Source: Macrostomum lignano (taxonomy: Eukaryota). Taken from it: a stretch of 64,000 nt of DNA. A program made the translations under genes and the position numbers. The stretch spans positions 496,001 through 560,000 of the forward strand of contig NIVC01000064.1 in the NCBI GenBank assembly GCA_002269645.1, in the 5' to 3' direction. Every line of letters starts with the position of its first letter. Position 1 is the first letter of the stretch. Below are positions 36,483 through 48,323 of the stretch, piece after piece. The notes beneath the pieces are model-generated. The model was not told the DNA's origin. It made no database searches and saw only the letters and a list, made by a program, of their open reading frames with translations.

Positions 36483-37479
36483 CATTTCTTTGGCCCTAAT
36501 GCGAACTTACAAATTCTGAATTTGGACTCAAATTTTGATGCAAAGCTTCTTCTACTCTCCTTTGTTTCTATATAGAGCTAATTAAAGAGCTTATCGGTTG
36601 GCCAATCCTCCTGATAAAAGCCAGAACAGTATGAAAATTGTTTTGGCTCGATCAGTGAAGTCAAGTCTATGGATAATTGAAACATGTTTGGGAGTTAAGC
36701 ACGGTACACTTGGATTTGCTAATTGCGTTCCTGTAAAAGGCCTCAAAGCCTGAAAATAAGCTTAACAATGCACCAGTGATTTCATTTGTAGAATCGAGCC
36801 GCGAGCTCAACTCAACAAAACGATTTCTGAATCAGTTTCTTTGCATAGCTGGCCACATAAAAGAGTTAATCCCTGACTAAATCTTCTTTTGCCGTGAAAT
36901 TTATTTGATTAAAAAGATTTCCCTAAAAACTTGGAGCGGATGATGATGACGGAACGTTAGAGCGGAAATATTCCTAAGCTGAGGCTGCATGACTCCAGAT
37001 GAACTCAGTCAGTGATTAATAAATTCTGAGCACAGGTCTCGACATGAGCCTTCAATAAGCCAAGTCCCAGAGACCAGCACAGGAAATTGGCACCTTTTTG
37101 AGCTGTGCAGGAGCTGCTAAAACTTTAATCCTTGCGTGTGCTGCATGGACAGTTGCCCATCTCGCAAATGGTTCCTGTTGACCTAATCAACTTTTGAGAA
37201 ACCTTTTTCAACTTTTCTGCGGGTCTCTGTCTTTCTGTGAGAAACTTCACGAAGCGAAAGCTGATCAGTGACTAAGCCGCAAGCAGCAGGGGGGGGGGGT
37301 GCAACACTCCTCCGTGATTAGAAAATACAAGAGAATAACAAAGGTGCCACTGAGTGATTAGAAACTGAAAGCAAAGACAGCAAACTTAACGAGATTAGCT
37401 AACTTAACTTTATCTATGCATGGCTATAGGGAAATAAGTATGATTTATGAGCGTGACTAAGACTGAAAATTTTTATTTA

Positions 37480-37880
37480 AATGAGTGAATCTAAGGGTGA
37501 GTAAGTGAATATGAGGGGAAATGAATAAATCTGAGGGGGAATGAGTGAATCTGAGGCTGAAATGAGTGAATCTAAGGCTGAAATGAGTGAATCTGAGGCT
37601 GAAATGAGTGAATCTGAGGCTGAAATGAGTGAATCCGAGGCTATGAGTAAACTGAGTGAAATGAGTGAATCTGACGGCGGAATGAGTGAATCTGACGGCG
37701 GAATGAGTGAATATGAGGGGGGAATGAGTTAATCTGAGTGGGAATGAGTGAATCTGAAGAAAATGAGAGAATCTTGGGATGAAATGAGTGAATCTGAAGA
37801 AAATGAGAGAATCTTGGGATGAAATGAGTGAATCTGAAGAAAATGAGAGAATCTTGGGATGAAATGAGTGAACCTGAGGG
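37480..37880. repeat. 21-bp/40-bp minisatellite built on AATGAGTGAATCTGA
   Basis: 21-bp units followed by three ~40-bp units. Confidence 0.88.
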
Positions 37881-38690
37881 AAAATCATTTAGAGACGACG
37901 CCTTCCGATACGAAAGTCAGGGACGCTGTACACCCAGAGTGCCCAGCAGCCAGCGGAATGGTTGTGACTGCTTGCCCATCTATGCCTCCTAAACTGACTG
38001 AGTGACTTGGCGGGAAAAGTCAGTGGCGCAGATGAGACTGGGGATGAAGTGGAGGATTCCACAAGCTGACACTATTTAGGGAATCCATGCAGGCCTACGC
38101 GCTAATGCAATTACCAATTAATAACAAATCCATTTCGACCGACCAAAACCAATTATTTAATCTGACACTGCAGCAATTTTGGCAGCTCTTTTATTCCTCT
38201 CCAGCTCCCGTTTCCCTGTTTAATTATCTATCCCTGTGTTTGATTCAATTATTCCAATGGTAGATGAGGTTTTTTTACAAAGAAGGATAGAGCAGAACTC
38301 CGCCCCATTCAGCATCGTAAATGATGATCTTCCTAGCGGGAACGGATGGGAAGAGAGAAAGTGACGGGGAATGGAAACTGAAAGATGACGAGAGCGCATG
38401 GATCAACTTTCTCGAGGCTGAGTCCGCCTCGATTATTCACTCAGACTGCCAAATTATTTTTTGGGAAGCGAACTGCCGGAATGAGCTGAGCGAGGGCGGA
38501 GATTGGGAAATTTTACGCCAAATCTCCTGAAATCCTGGCAATTGGAAAATGAGCTCTGAGAAGCCAAGCAAAGGAGACTGACTGTTGTAGGATAGACACT
38601 GCATAGGATAGACACTGCATAGGGTAGATACTGGATAGGGTAGACACTGCTCAGGACACAGCACAGCAGATCTCCTATCACTTTGCAGAC

Positions 38691-40615
38691 ATGCAGCAAC
38701 AACAGGCTCAGCAGCAGGCAGTCAAGCAGATCGGCACTGTTCAGCTGTACGGCTCCAACATCGTGTCCCTCCAACTGGACGGCGAAGAACGCCTCTGCCT
38801 CGCCCAGATCTCCAACACCCTGCTCAAATCGTTCTCCTACAACGAGATCCACAATCGTCGAGTCGCTCTGGGCATCACTTGCGTCCAGTGCACCCCAGTG
38901 CAGTTGGAGCTGCTCAGACGGGCCGGCGCGATGCCAGTGTCGTCCAGACGGTGCGGCATGATCACTCGGCGGGAGGCGGAGCGGCTGGTCAAATCGTTTC
39001 TAGATGACGTCACCGTGCCTCAGCTGCCCGAATCGTTCAGCTTTGACGTGAGCCACAGCTGCGGCTGGGGCTGTCGGGGCTACTTCTACCCGGCCAGGTA
39101 CACCAGCTCCAGGGCCAAGTGCATCCGCTGCCACCACTGCCAGCAGTTCCTGTCGCCGAACAAGTTCATCTTTCACTGCCATCAGGTGGACGGTAGGAGT
39201 TATCGCCAGCCAGACGCAGCCAATTTCAACGCCTGGCGTCGGCACCTGAGCCTAACTGACCCGGCCCCAGACCGGGAGCTGCTGTACAACTGGGAGGATG
39301 TCAAGGCCATGTTCAACGGCGGTTCCCGGCGTCGAGGACCCGGCGGTAGCGGCGGCGGCGGCGGCGGATGCGGGACTGAGGGGGAGGACGACGACGTGAA
39401 CTCCTCCGTTGGAGGAGGCGACGGCATCGCCGGTGGTGACGAGTCGCCTGTTGTGGAAAAATCAGATGAGGAGAATGTGAGTTCAGGGACTGTTAATTGG
39501 CGTCTCTTTTTTTGGAGTTCAGTAAAGGAACTCTTGATGGTTGTTTTCTAAGAAGTGATGCACGGGGACTCAATTGACGGTTGTTTGCTTTCTAAGAAGT
39601 GATGCACGGGGACTCAATTGACGGTTGTTTGCTTTCTAAGAAGTGATGCACGGGGACTCAATTGACGGTTGTTTGCTTTCTAAGAAGTGATGCACGGGGA
39701 CTCAATTGACGGTTGTTCTCTAGGAAGTTACGCACGGGGGCTCACAGCGACAGCGTTATGTATGCAAGAGGTTTGTTTTCTGTATGTCCTTTTGATATGT
39801 TTGTTATGCTCGAAATGCTACATGGTTCGAGAATAAAGCTCCTCAACGTTATTGGGAGTCTCTAAGTTGGTTGTTGGATGCAAAATCCTGACAAAAGTCT
39901 TTGCATCAGTTGCACCTCTCCACGCCGTCTCCATCCGCAGCAGTCGCTAAGCAAGCACGCTCCGGTCTCAACTGCCAAGGCCCGTCGTTCTGGCGCGGTG
40001 AAGCGCTCGCACTCGATGCTGACAATGCCGAGCCTGCCACCTCCGCCGCCGCTGCCGCCGCTGGCACAGCCGTTGCCGCCCCTACCGCCGTCTCTGTCGT
40101 CTTCGATTCACGCCAGCTTACAGCTGAACGCTTCACAGTCCTTCGATCCCTGGCTGAATAACCAGCAGCAGCAGCAGCAGCATCTGACTTCGACTGGCTC
40201 AACCACCGCCGCAGCTGCTGCTGCCGCCGCGGCCGCCGCCGCTGCCACCTGGCCGCTGATGTGGGCGAAGGGTTTGCGCTCGGTCCTGCCGCATGGAGGC
40301 CCTAACGAAGACGTTACGACCGGAGCAGTTTGGGAGCAGCGCCAGCAGCCTCCACCGATGCCTCCGCCGATGCCGCCGATGCCGTCGCAGTCGATCTGGG
40401 GCTACAGCGCTCTGCCCTTTCCTCCTCCTATGGCGTTTTATCAGCAACAGCAGCAGCAGCAGCAGCAGCATCAGAGACAGCTATCGACACTGTTTCCATC
40501 TGAAGTCAAACGATTCCGTGGAATTGGTGGCGGTTCCGGAGGCGGTAGCGGAGGCTATTCAATCGAAGCTATCATGGGCGCCGCTGCGTCCGACGAGGGA
40601 GACTCGAACCCGTGA
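38691..40615 (+). CDS. SKOR: SKI-family transcriptional corepressor SKOR/Fussel/CORL; exons 38691-39476 and 39941-40615, about 486 aa
   Basis: Ski/Sno DHD (GEERLCLAQISNTLLK, HNRRVALGITCVQCTPVQLE, SSRRCGMIT) and SAND-like SMAD-binding domain (RYTSSRAKCI, SPNKFIFH, QPDAANFNAWRRHL, WEDVKAMFNGG), characteristic of SKOR1/2. AAT|GTGAGT donor; in-frame CCGCAG|CAG acceptor. SKOR1 versus SKOR2 cannot be resolved. Confidence 0.93.
39545..39745. repeat. 44-bp minisatellite in the SKOR intron
   Basis: TTCTAAGAAGTGATGCACGGGGACTCAATTGACGGTTGTTTGCT, about 4 copies. Confidence 0.93.
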
Positions 40616-40824
40616 ACTTTTCCAAACAAAAACAATCGTGGATTCTAACTACAGGACAGTTTAACGCATATTTTGTTGATTGATACGAAAAATTTTGTTT
40701 GTTTTAACCGTTTATTCTTATGATGGTGAATTCTATTTGATAACAAGAAAATGAAAAAATTCAAAACTTAGTCATCGCAGTAGTATGTATAGACTTTGCT
40801 GAGGACATATTTCACTATCGGAAT

Positions 40825-41065
40825 GTTCTAGCCATGGACTGTTGTAGCCATGGACTGTTGTAGCCATGGACTATTGTAGCCATGGACTGTTGTAGCCATG
40901 GACTATTGTAGCCATGGACTATTGTAGCCATGGACTGTTGTAGCCATGGACTATTTTAGCCATAGACTATTGTAGCAATGGACTATTGTAGCCATGGACA
41001 ATTGTAGCCATGGACTATTGTAGCCATGGACTATTGTAGTCATGGACTATTGTAGCCATGGACTT
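40825..41065. repeat. 16-bp minisatellite 3' of SKOR (GCCATGGACTATTGTA)
   Basis: Direct tandem copies. Confidence 0.93.
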
Positions 41066-41624
41066 CTTTAGCAACGAAAGCTCGGACCACTTCTTATTTG
41101 AACTTGAATTCTGTTTAAAGCAGGATTCTACTTTCCAATAATTTACTCTTGAGAAAAAACTAGTCATAATGTTCTAATTTGCACAAAAATTTGCCATATC
41201 CTTCTTTGCACTTTTAACCTATTTAGCCTGCTTATCTCGAGTGCGTGTTGCGCTCTGCACAGGTTCAGTTAAACAAATTTGAACTTTTATTCATACACAA
41301 CTGTGTTTTGCTACACTAACATAGCTTAGTTAATCTATTCAAATGGCTTAAATGATGAATATATTTTCTATGTTTACTAAATGTTTAATTGCAGTTCTTT
41401 TTCAGCACTAAAACCTATCTTAATGTACATAACTCCACTGCGTACGCACAAGCTTGTCTAATCCCATGTGTGCACTCTGCTGTTGATAAATATACCAGGC
41501 TAAAAATAAACAAATTCACAATGAAGTTCATTTTCTGTCTACCCGGATTTCAAACACTTTTTTTGACGTCCACTACTTAGAGTAACGGAAGCTCTATGCA
41601 AGTTCAAAGCTTCACAAGCTGAAG

Positions 41625-43020
41625 ATACAAGCTCGATTCTTCACAAGCTCGATTCTTCACAAGCTCGATTCTTCACAAGCTCGATTCTTCACAAGCTCGA
41701 TTCTTCACAAGCTCGATTCTTCACAAGCTCGATTCTTCACAAGCTCGATTCTTCACAAGCTCGATTCTTCACACAAGCTCGATTCTTCACAAGCTCAATT
41801 ATTCACAAGCTCGATTCTTCACAATCTCGATTCTTCACACAAGCTCGGTTCTTCACAAGCTCGATTCTTCACAATCTCGATTCTTCACAATCTCGATTCT
41901 TCACAAGCTCGATTCTTCACAAGCTCGATTCTTCACAATCTCGATTCTTCACAATCTCGATTCTTCACAAGCTCGATTCTTCACAAGCTCGATTCTTCAC
42001 AAGCTCAATTATTCACAAGCTCGATTCTTCACAATCTCGATTCTTCACAAGCTCGATTCTTCACAAGCTCGATTCTTCACAATCTCGATTCTTCACAAGT
42101 TCGATTCTTCACAAGCTCGATTCTTCACAAGCTCGATTCTACACAAGCTCAATTATTCACAAGCTCGATTCTTCACAATCTCGATTCTTCACAATCTCGA
42201 TTCTTCACAAGCTCGGTTCTTCACAAGCTCGATTCTTCACAATCTCGATTCTTCACAAGTTCGATTCTTCACACAAGCTCGATTCTTCACAATCTCGATT
42301 CTTCACAATCTCGATTCTTCACAATCTCGATTCTTCACAAGCTCGATTCTTCACAAGCTCGATTCTTCACAAGCTCGATTCTTCACAAGCTCAATTATTC
42401 ACAAGCTCGATTCTTCACAATCTCGATTCTTCACAATCTCGATTCTTCACAAGCTCGATTCTTCACAAGCTCGATTCTTCACAATCTCGATTCTTCACAA
42501 TCTCGATTCTTCACAAGCTCGATTCTTCACAAGCTCAATTCTTCACAATCTTGATTCTTCACAATCTCGATTCTTCACAAGCTCGATTCTTCACAAGCTC
42601 GATTCTTCACAATCTCGATTCTTCACAAGCTCGATTCTTCACAAGCTCAATTATTCACAAGCTCGATTCTTCACAATCTCGATTCTTCACAAGTTCGATT
42701 CTTCACAAGCTCGATTCTTCACAAGCTCGATTCTTCACAAGCTCGATTCTTCACAATCTCGATTCTTCACAAGCTCGATTCTTCACAAGCTCGATTCTTC
42801 ACAATCTCGATTCTTCACAAGCTCGATTCTTCAAAAGCTCGATTCTTCACAAGCTCGATTCTTCACAAGCTCGATTCTTCACAAGCTCGATTCTTCACAA
42901 GCTCGATTCTTCACAAGCTCGATTCTTCACAAGCTCGATTCTTCACAAGCTCGATTCTTCACAAGCTCGATTCTTCACAAGCTCGATTATTCACAAGCTC
43001 GATTCTTCACAAGCTCGAAA
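41625..43020. repeat. 16-bp satellite (AAGCTCGATTCTTCAC)
   Basis: About 85 copies with AATCT and AAGCTCAATTA variants. Confidence 0.96.
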
Positions 43021-43359
43021 CTCGAATCAGCATTACGAGTATTTATACCATTATTGTTGTTGCTACCGTGCAGCGACTAAAAAACTATTAGTTTAATAGG
43101 ACACAATAAATAAATTGAAAACATTTTATTGATTATTTTTAGCGTACTTTTCGTATATTTCTACTATTAGTAGAGCATTAAATAATTGCTAGGCATTTTA
43201 GTTGTGGTTTTGGTAAATATAAATTTACCGCTTTGTCAGTTTTTTCATATAGGCCAAGCACATGTAAATGTATAAATACGTTGAAGCGGTCTGTAGCTCA
43301 TTGAATTACTGAATCTTAGTTCAGTTCAGTCCATAGCTGCTCAGCAAACTATGGCGATG

Positions 43360-43540
43360 AGAATGGCTCTCAACGTGAGTCCACCGAAATCTGGATGCTG
43401 GATGACGTAGAAGCAAGTCTGCCCGGAGTGGGGAGCAAGCACATCTTGGACGACTTCATCGTCTACGGAGCAACGGAGGCTGCTCACGGCTTAAGCCTGC
43501 AAGCTCTGCTGAAGCGAATGGAGAGAGCCGGCCTGATGGG
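43360..43540 (+). mobile_element. Degenerate Ty3/gypsy-type LTR retrotransposon reverse transcriptase fragment
   Basis: LPGV..HILDDFIVYGATEAAHGLSLQALLKRMERAGL fits the LTR-RT YxDD(I)xVxG..EEH...L..VL.RL...GL segment; no LTRs seen. Confidence 0.7.
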
Positions 43541-44431
43541 CCAACAAGGACAAATGCCATCAGCTTCGGAGGACGGAGATCGAGTTCGTCGGAATTGGCT
43601 TCGTCTTTTCGGCTTGCGACTGCCCACGAGTCTCAGACTAAGGCCTTCAGCGAGGTGCGCGCACTGACGAAGCTGCAGGCGTTCCTAGATAGGATCTGCT
43701 AGGGGTATTTACTTACCTTTGCCAGTTCCAGCTATTTTGTTAGTAACTAGTGCTATCTCTAGATTCTAGAAGTCCTTGGATCCACCACCACCAACTACCT
43801 TGATTCGGTTCGAGCCCAACACTGCTGAAGACCTCTAATCAAGAGTGACGCAGATTTCAAGTGGACAGCATGAGTAATTACGTAAAATACTTTTTCCTTA
43901 TGCAGTAAGGGATTGTTAAAATTCGAAACATTACGAGCGTATCACGTGATTTCCTGTTCAAAATTAATCATGGCGGAGGATTGGAAATTTCTAGAATCTA
44001 GAGCAAACATTTAATTTTAGTCTTTATAAGGGTTGTGCAGTACGAGTACAAGGAAAGCACGACCTTCCTTCTTTCTTGCTTTGCGAGCTACGGCTCGTTC
44101 AAGTAGCTGCGAGCCTCGCATTTATTCAGCCACGAAGTTCTAAACCTATAGCAAGTCTTGCCCTCATGTCGGCTCTCACATACCCCTCCCCTATGCAGGC
44201 AGTTTCGAACCGAGGTTGAACAAAAACTGACCAGGCATGGAGTACATGTGCATGTATACATAGAATGAACAAAACTTACGCACACAAATCGCTGTACGCT
44301 GTAGCCTGTATCTACAAATTGCATGTAAACCATTCTAAAGTACGCTCGTATTATAGAGGCTAAAAATCTGAACTTCCTCTTTCAGTTTAACGAATGCGTT
44401 CAAGTTTTTTTTCACACTACTACACCTTGAA

Positions 44432-46424
44432 ATGTGCTTATTGATGCCGCTAGTGCTCACAATATTGTTGCTAAGTTTAGCGCTGTACATCAGGTGAGTT
44501 CATGCAAATTGTTGGCATTGGTTGGACGACTAAATTAAAATTATGATGTTGCAAGAAAGGAAAAATGTGGAAGAAAGAGTCCAAATCAACTGCATCAAAT
44601 TAATTGGACAGGTTCAAAACCTTTCAACTATCTTCAAATCTCTTCATAGCACAGTCGAGACAGCCCATCACTACTGCATCCAGGACAGCATCAAAGCGTT
44701 CTCAATGAACGCTGACTCAGACCAGCCTGAGACTCTGCTCACCAACCACAGAGAGGTGAACGTACTCGTCTCATCGCAGCGATGCAGCTGGGAGGTGAGG
44801 CTGGGCCGCATGACTCAGCCGCTGCAGCTCGTGCTATCGCTTCGCCTCGGCCACCGTCAGCCGGGTGCTGCTGCCAGCGGACCCAGATGTCCGTCTGAGC
44901 TGACCGCGAAGCTGCAGGGTGAGCGATTGAGCCACCGGGACGGCTCTTGACAGCTGCGGCTGTTTAACATGACTGACGCGCAAGCTCTGCATTGACAACC
45001 TCTGCTTCCCTCATTCAGGATCCGCGTTCGTCAGAAAGTGGACCAATGCGACCTCGCTGCCAAAAGCGCCTCTGATTGTACCTGTCATGAGAAGGTTGGT
45101 GGCGTTTCTGTCCAATGATCTCATTTAATATGTTTATTGGTAAGTCAAACCCACCCGAAACGCTTGAGCAGCTCGCAGCTGCTGACGGTCCGGTTCTCGA
45201 CGGGCGACTCCGAGCCGAGCGCGAGCTGCGGTCGCATCGAGCTGACCATCGCGGTGGCCAAGAAGGGCTTCTGCGGCAGGCACATGCTGCTGCATCGGGG
45301 CCGCTGCCTCTTCATCTCCGACTCGGAGCTGCGGCTGTCGGATCTGAGCGGTACTGGAGTTGAGCTGGCTGCGATCTCCGGGACGGAGCAGCTGGATGAG
45401 CTGATGAGGGACAGTGAGTGCTGAGCTGCTGCTCATGCTGATCATTGCTCATGGATACAGTGCTGAGCTGCTGCTCATGCTGGTCATTGCTCATGGGTAC
45501 AGTGCTGAGCTGCTGCTCATGCTGGTCATTGCTCATGGGTACAGTGCTGAGCTGCTGCTCATGCTGGTCATTGCTCATGGGTACAGTGCTGAGCTGCTGC
45601 TCATGCTGGTCATTGCTCATGGGTACAGTCTATAAACGCCGTTATTTTAGATAGTGACAGAATGAAGGCGCACCCATTCATCAGACCGCTGAACCTGACC
45701 AGACCTGTGAGAGTGGCGGTGTTTCGTTGCAACAAAATCATTCAATGGACGCAGATTGGACAGTCAGTGAGCTCCAGTTCGTGCGTGATCGGGAATTTCA
45801 GCACGACTGGGGCTGCTTTGGATTCCCTTGCTCGACGGTTCGTTGCTTTTCGTTTAATGGGCGTACAGGCTTTGATTTTTAGTTCATGACAAAGACTGTT
45901 TATTGAGTTCTTGGCTACCTGAGTGATGCCTGGCTGTTCTTGGCAGTCCTTGCCTGTTTAAGAAAATGTAAACACCATATTACCTAATTAATCATTCCAG
46001 GAACCAGTCCATCTCATCACAGGTAGACTGCGCATCAATCAGTGCTGAACCTGACGATTCGGAGCAACTGAAATTGTCATTCATTGACTGCGACCAGCCG
46101 CAGCACCTGCTGCTGAGCTTCCTAATTGAGCCAATCAATCAAGAATTTCAACACAGCTCCAACTGCTTGGCATCCAGCATAACAGGCTGTAAAAAATTGA
46201 GTATGCCTGTAATTACCAAAGAATCAACTGATGATAAAACAACGGACAGCTCAGATAAAACTGATTCGGTAGTTTTAATAGTGTCTGTGACAGCCTCACT
46301 GCTAGTGTCGGCCGTAATTCTGGTCGCTGTTAAATTTATAACTTCAAAGCGACAAGGACCTCGTCGCAGATCTAGAAGGTCCAAACCCTTTGATTCATTG
46401 TCTGGAATCCCTTTAAGATCTTAG
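44432..46424 (+). CDS. Single-pass type I membrane protein with CUB-like and degenerate C-type-lectin-like domains, paralogue A; exons 44432-44493, 44650-44918, 45019-45094, 45172-45413, 45651-45837, 46001-46424 (419 aa)
   Basis: Six exons join in frame (1260 nt). Hydrophobic signal peptide MCLLMPLVLTILLLSLALYI; CUB-like SQLLTVRFSTGDS; CTLD-like FCGRHMLLHRGRCLFIS...LAAISGTEQLDEL and CASIS...LSFIDC; TM VVLIVSVTASLLVSAVILVAV followed by a basic tail. Domain calls are by eye. Confidence 0.72.
45414..45630. repeat. 42-bp minisatellite starting at the exon-4 donor of paralogue A
   Basis: AGTGCTGAGCTGCTGCTCATGCTGGTCATTGCTCATGGGTAC, about 5 copies. Confidence 0.92.
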
Positions 46425-46793
46425 TGGTTGAAATTAAATCGCCCTATGTTTGTCCTGGAAAAAGACGATTGGTACCATATGAAAAAGTATCGCGAGTACC
46501 TGAATTTTTAAACTGACGTTATCATAATTTTGTTTTATGTGTCTTTTTACGCAACAGTCTTCCTTTTAATCTCTTGTTAGAAAATATGGTCTAGCTAGGT
46601 GCAGTGCATATTGTATTTATGAAAAGCGATATCATTCTTGTACTCAAACTGCCATACAGCATAACATCATATGTTGCTAGGCATCATAAGTTTACTCGGA
46701 ACATTTTTTTATTATTCGAATAGTAATGGCCTTTTTTAATTGTTGCAGATGCTGCAAGTAGGAAAATCTTAAGTTTATTTAGAGGAGTAGAGG

Positions 46794-47037
46794 GTAAGCG
46801 GTGCACTCTGAGGATCAGGGAGGGTAAGCGGTGCACTCTGAGGATCAGGGAGGGTAAGCGGTGCACTCTGAGGATCAGGGCGGGTAAGCGGTGCACTCTG
46901 AGGATCAGGGAGGGTAAGCGGTGCACTCTGAGGATCAGGGAGGGTAAGCGGTGCACTCTGAGGATCAGGGAGGGTAAGCGGTGCACTCTGAGGATCAGGG
47001 AGGGTAAGCGGTGCACTCTGAGGATCAGGGAGGGTAG
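46794..47037. repeat. 30-bp minisatellite whose unit begins with a consensus 5' splice donor (GTAAGCGGTGCACTCTGAGGATCAGGGAGG)
   Basis: 8 near-perfect copies. Confidence 0.95.
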
Positions 47038-47414
47038 CGGCGTCCTTCCCAGATCCTCAGTTTTTATGCGCCATCAGTTATCGGTTCAAATGAAAGCTAG
47101 TCAGAAAATTTTTCTGAATTTTCAGTCTTTGATGTTCTTTGATGTTGGTGAACAAGCGCGAAGAAAAGCAGATTTCAAATAAACAAAAAACTGCCCTAAA
47201 CTTGGAAAAAAAATTCTTTTAGTTGTAAAGAGTAGTCCAATTTCTTAAAGCTTTCTGCAAAATATAATTGTCGAAAAAAACAAATACCTGAAGGCAGAAA
47301 CGGTTCGAGAAGTCTATAAAATGGACTCAGGTCAGAGGCAATTTTTCCGCACCAAGATCTCCCAAAAAATTCTTGCAAAGCAGCCATCATTCTCTCCAGT
47401 AGCAGAGGACAGCC

Positions 47415-48323
47415 ATGAACTTCAGGAAACTGCAGGCTGCGATGCTGCTGGTCTGCCTGACTGCGGCTGCTCAGCAGGGGGCTGCCGCCCTGCCAGCTGG
47501 CGGATCATCGAGTGCCCCGGTAAGCTGCCTTTGAGGCTGCAGTTTAGTTGCTGGGGACTACTGGCTCTTGTTGGCTGTTGCGGGGGGACTGCTGGCGCCC
47601 CTTGCTGGCGCCCCTGGTGCTGGCGCCTCTGGTGCTGGCGCCCCTGGTGCTGGCGCCTCTGGTGCTGGCGCCCCTGGTGCTGGCGCCTCTGGTGCTGGCG
47701 CCTCTGGTGCTGGCGCCTCTGGTGCTGGCGCCTCTGGTGCTGGCGCCCTGGTGCTGGCGCCTCTGGTGCTGGCGCCTCTGGTGCTGAAGCCTCTGGTGCT
47801 GGCGCCCCTGGTGCTGGCGCCCCTGGTGCTGGCGCCCCTGATGCTGGCGCCTCTGGTGCTGGCGCCTCTGGTGCTGGCGCCTCTGGTGCTGGCGCCCCTG
47901 GTGCTGGCGCCCCTGGTGCTGGCGCCTCTGGTGCTGGCGCCCCTGGTGCTGGCGCCCCTGGTGCTGGCGCCTCTGGTGCTGGCGCCCCTGGTGCTGGCGC
48001 CTCTGGTGCTGGCGCCTCTGGTGCTGGCGCCTCTGGTGCTGGCGCCTCTGGTGCTGGCGCCCCTGGTGCTGGCGCCTCTGGTGCTGGCGCCTCTGGTGCT
48101 GGCGCCCCTGGTGCTGGCGCAATACTTTGCCTGGTAAATAATTTAACCTAGCTACTGGTTGAATAAAAAACCTGACTTCATTTCTTCTCAAATATTTCAG
48201 CAGCCGAGCTTCAGTCGTCCCAAGGCCACCCAGATGCCGCAGCCGGAGCAGCCGCGTCTTGATGATCGGCTCAGGGCCTCGCGATTTCAGCTGTACAAGA
48301 GGTGCACCAGCACCTACCACTAG
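47415..48323 (+). CDS. Small secreted peptide precursor (prohormone-like); exons 47415-47519 and 48201-48323
   Basis: MNFRKLQAAMLLVCLTAAAQQGAAALP signal-like N-terminus; CCG|GTAAGC donor and TTTCAG acceptor in phase 0; exon 2 reads ...LDDRLRASRFQLYKR with a dibasic site. The 3' end is uncertain. Confidence 0.6.
47590..48120. repeat. 15-bp satellite (GGTGCTGGCGCCYCT) in the intron of the peptide precursor gene
   Basis: Direct tandem copies; related to 30005-30760. Confidence 0.95.

Noticed and set aside
38321-38530. 69-codon ORF upstream of SKOR as an additional coding exon
   Set aside because: It ends in a stop, has no clear in-frame donor and shows no Ski-family similarity; more likely 5'-UTR or outron sequence.
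9643-40664. Antisense and alternate-frame ORFs over CKAP5 and SKOR exons (for example 9643-10077, 11253-11741, 39000-39245, 40199-40471)
   Set aside because: Shadow ORFs caused by the GC-rich codon usage of the real exons; no independent motifs or splice support.
43800-43830. GGTTCGAGCCC B-box-like sequence as a tRNA gene
   Set aside because: No A box at the proper spacing and no cloverleaf stems.
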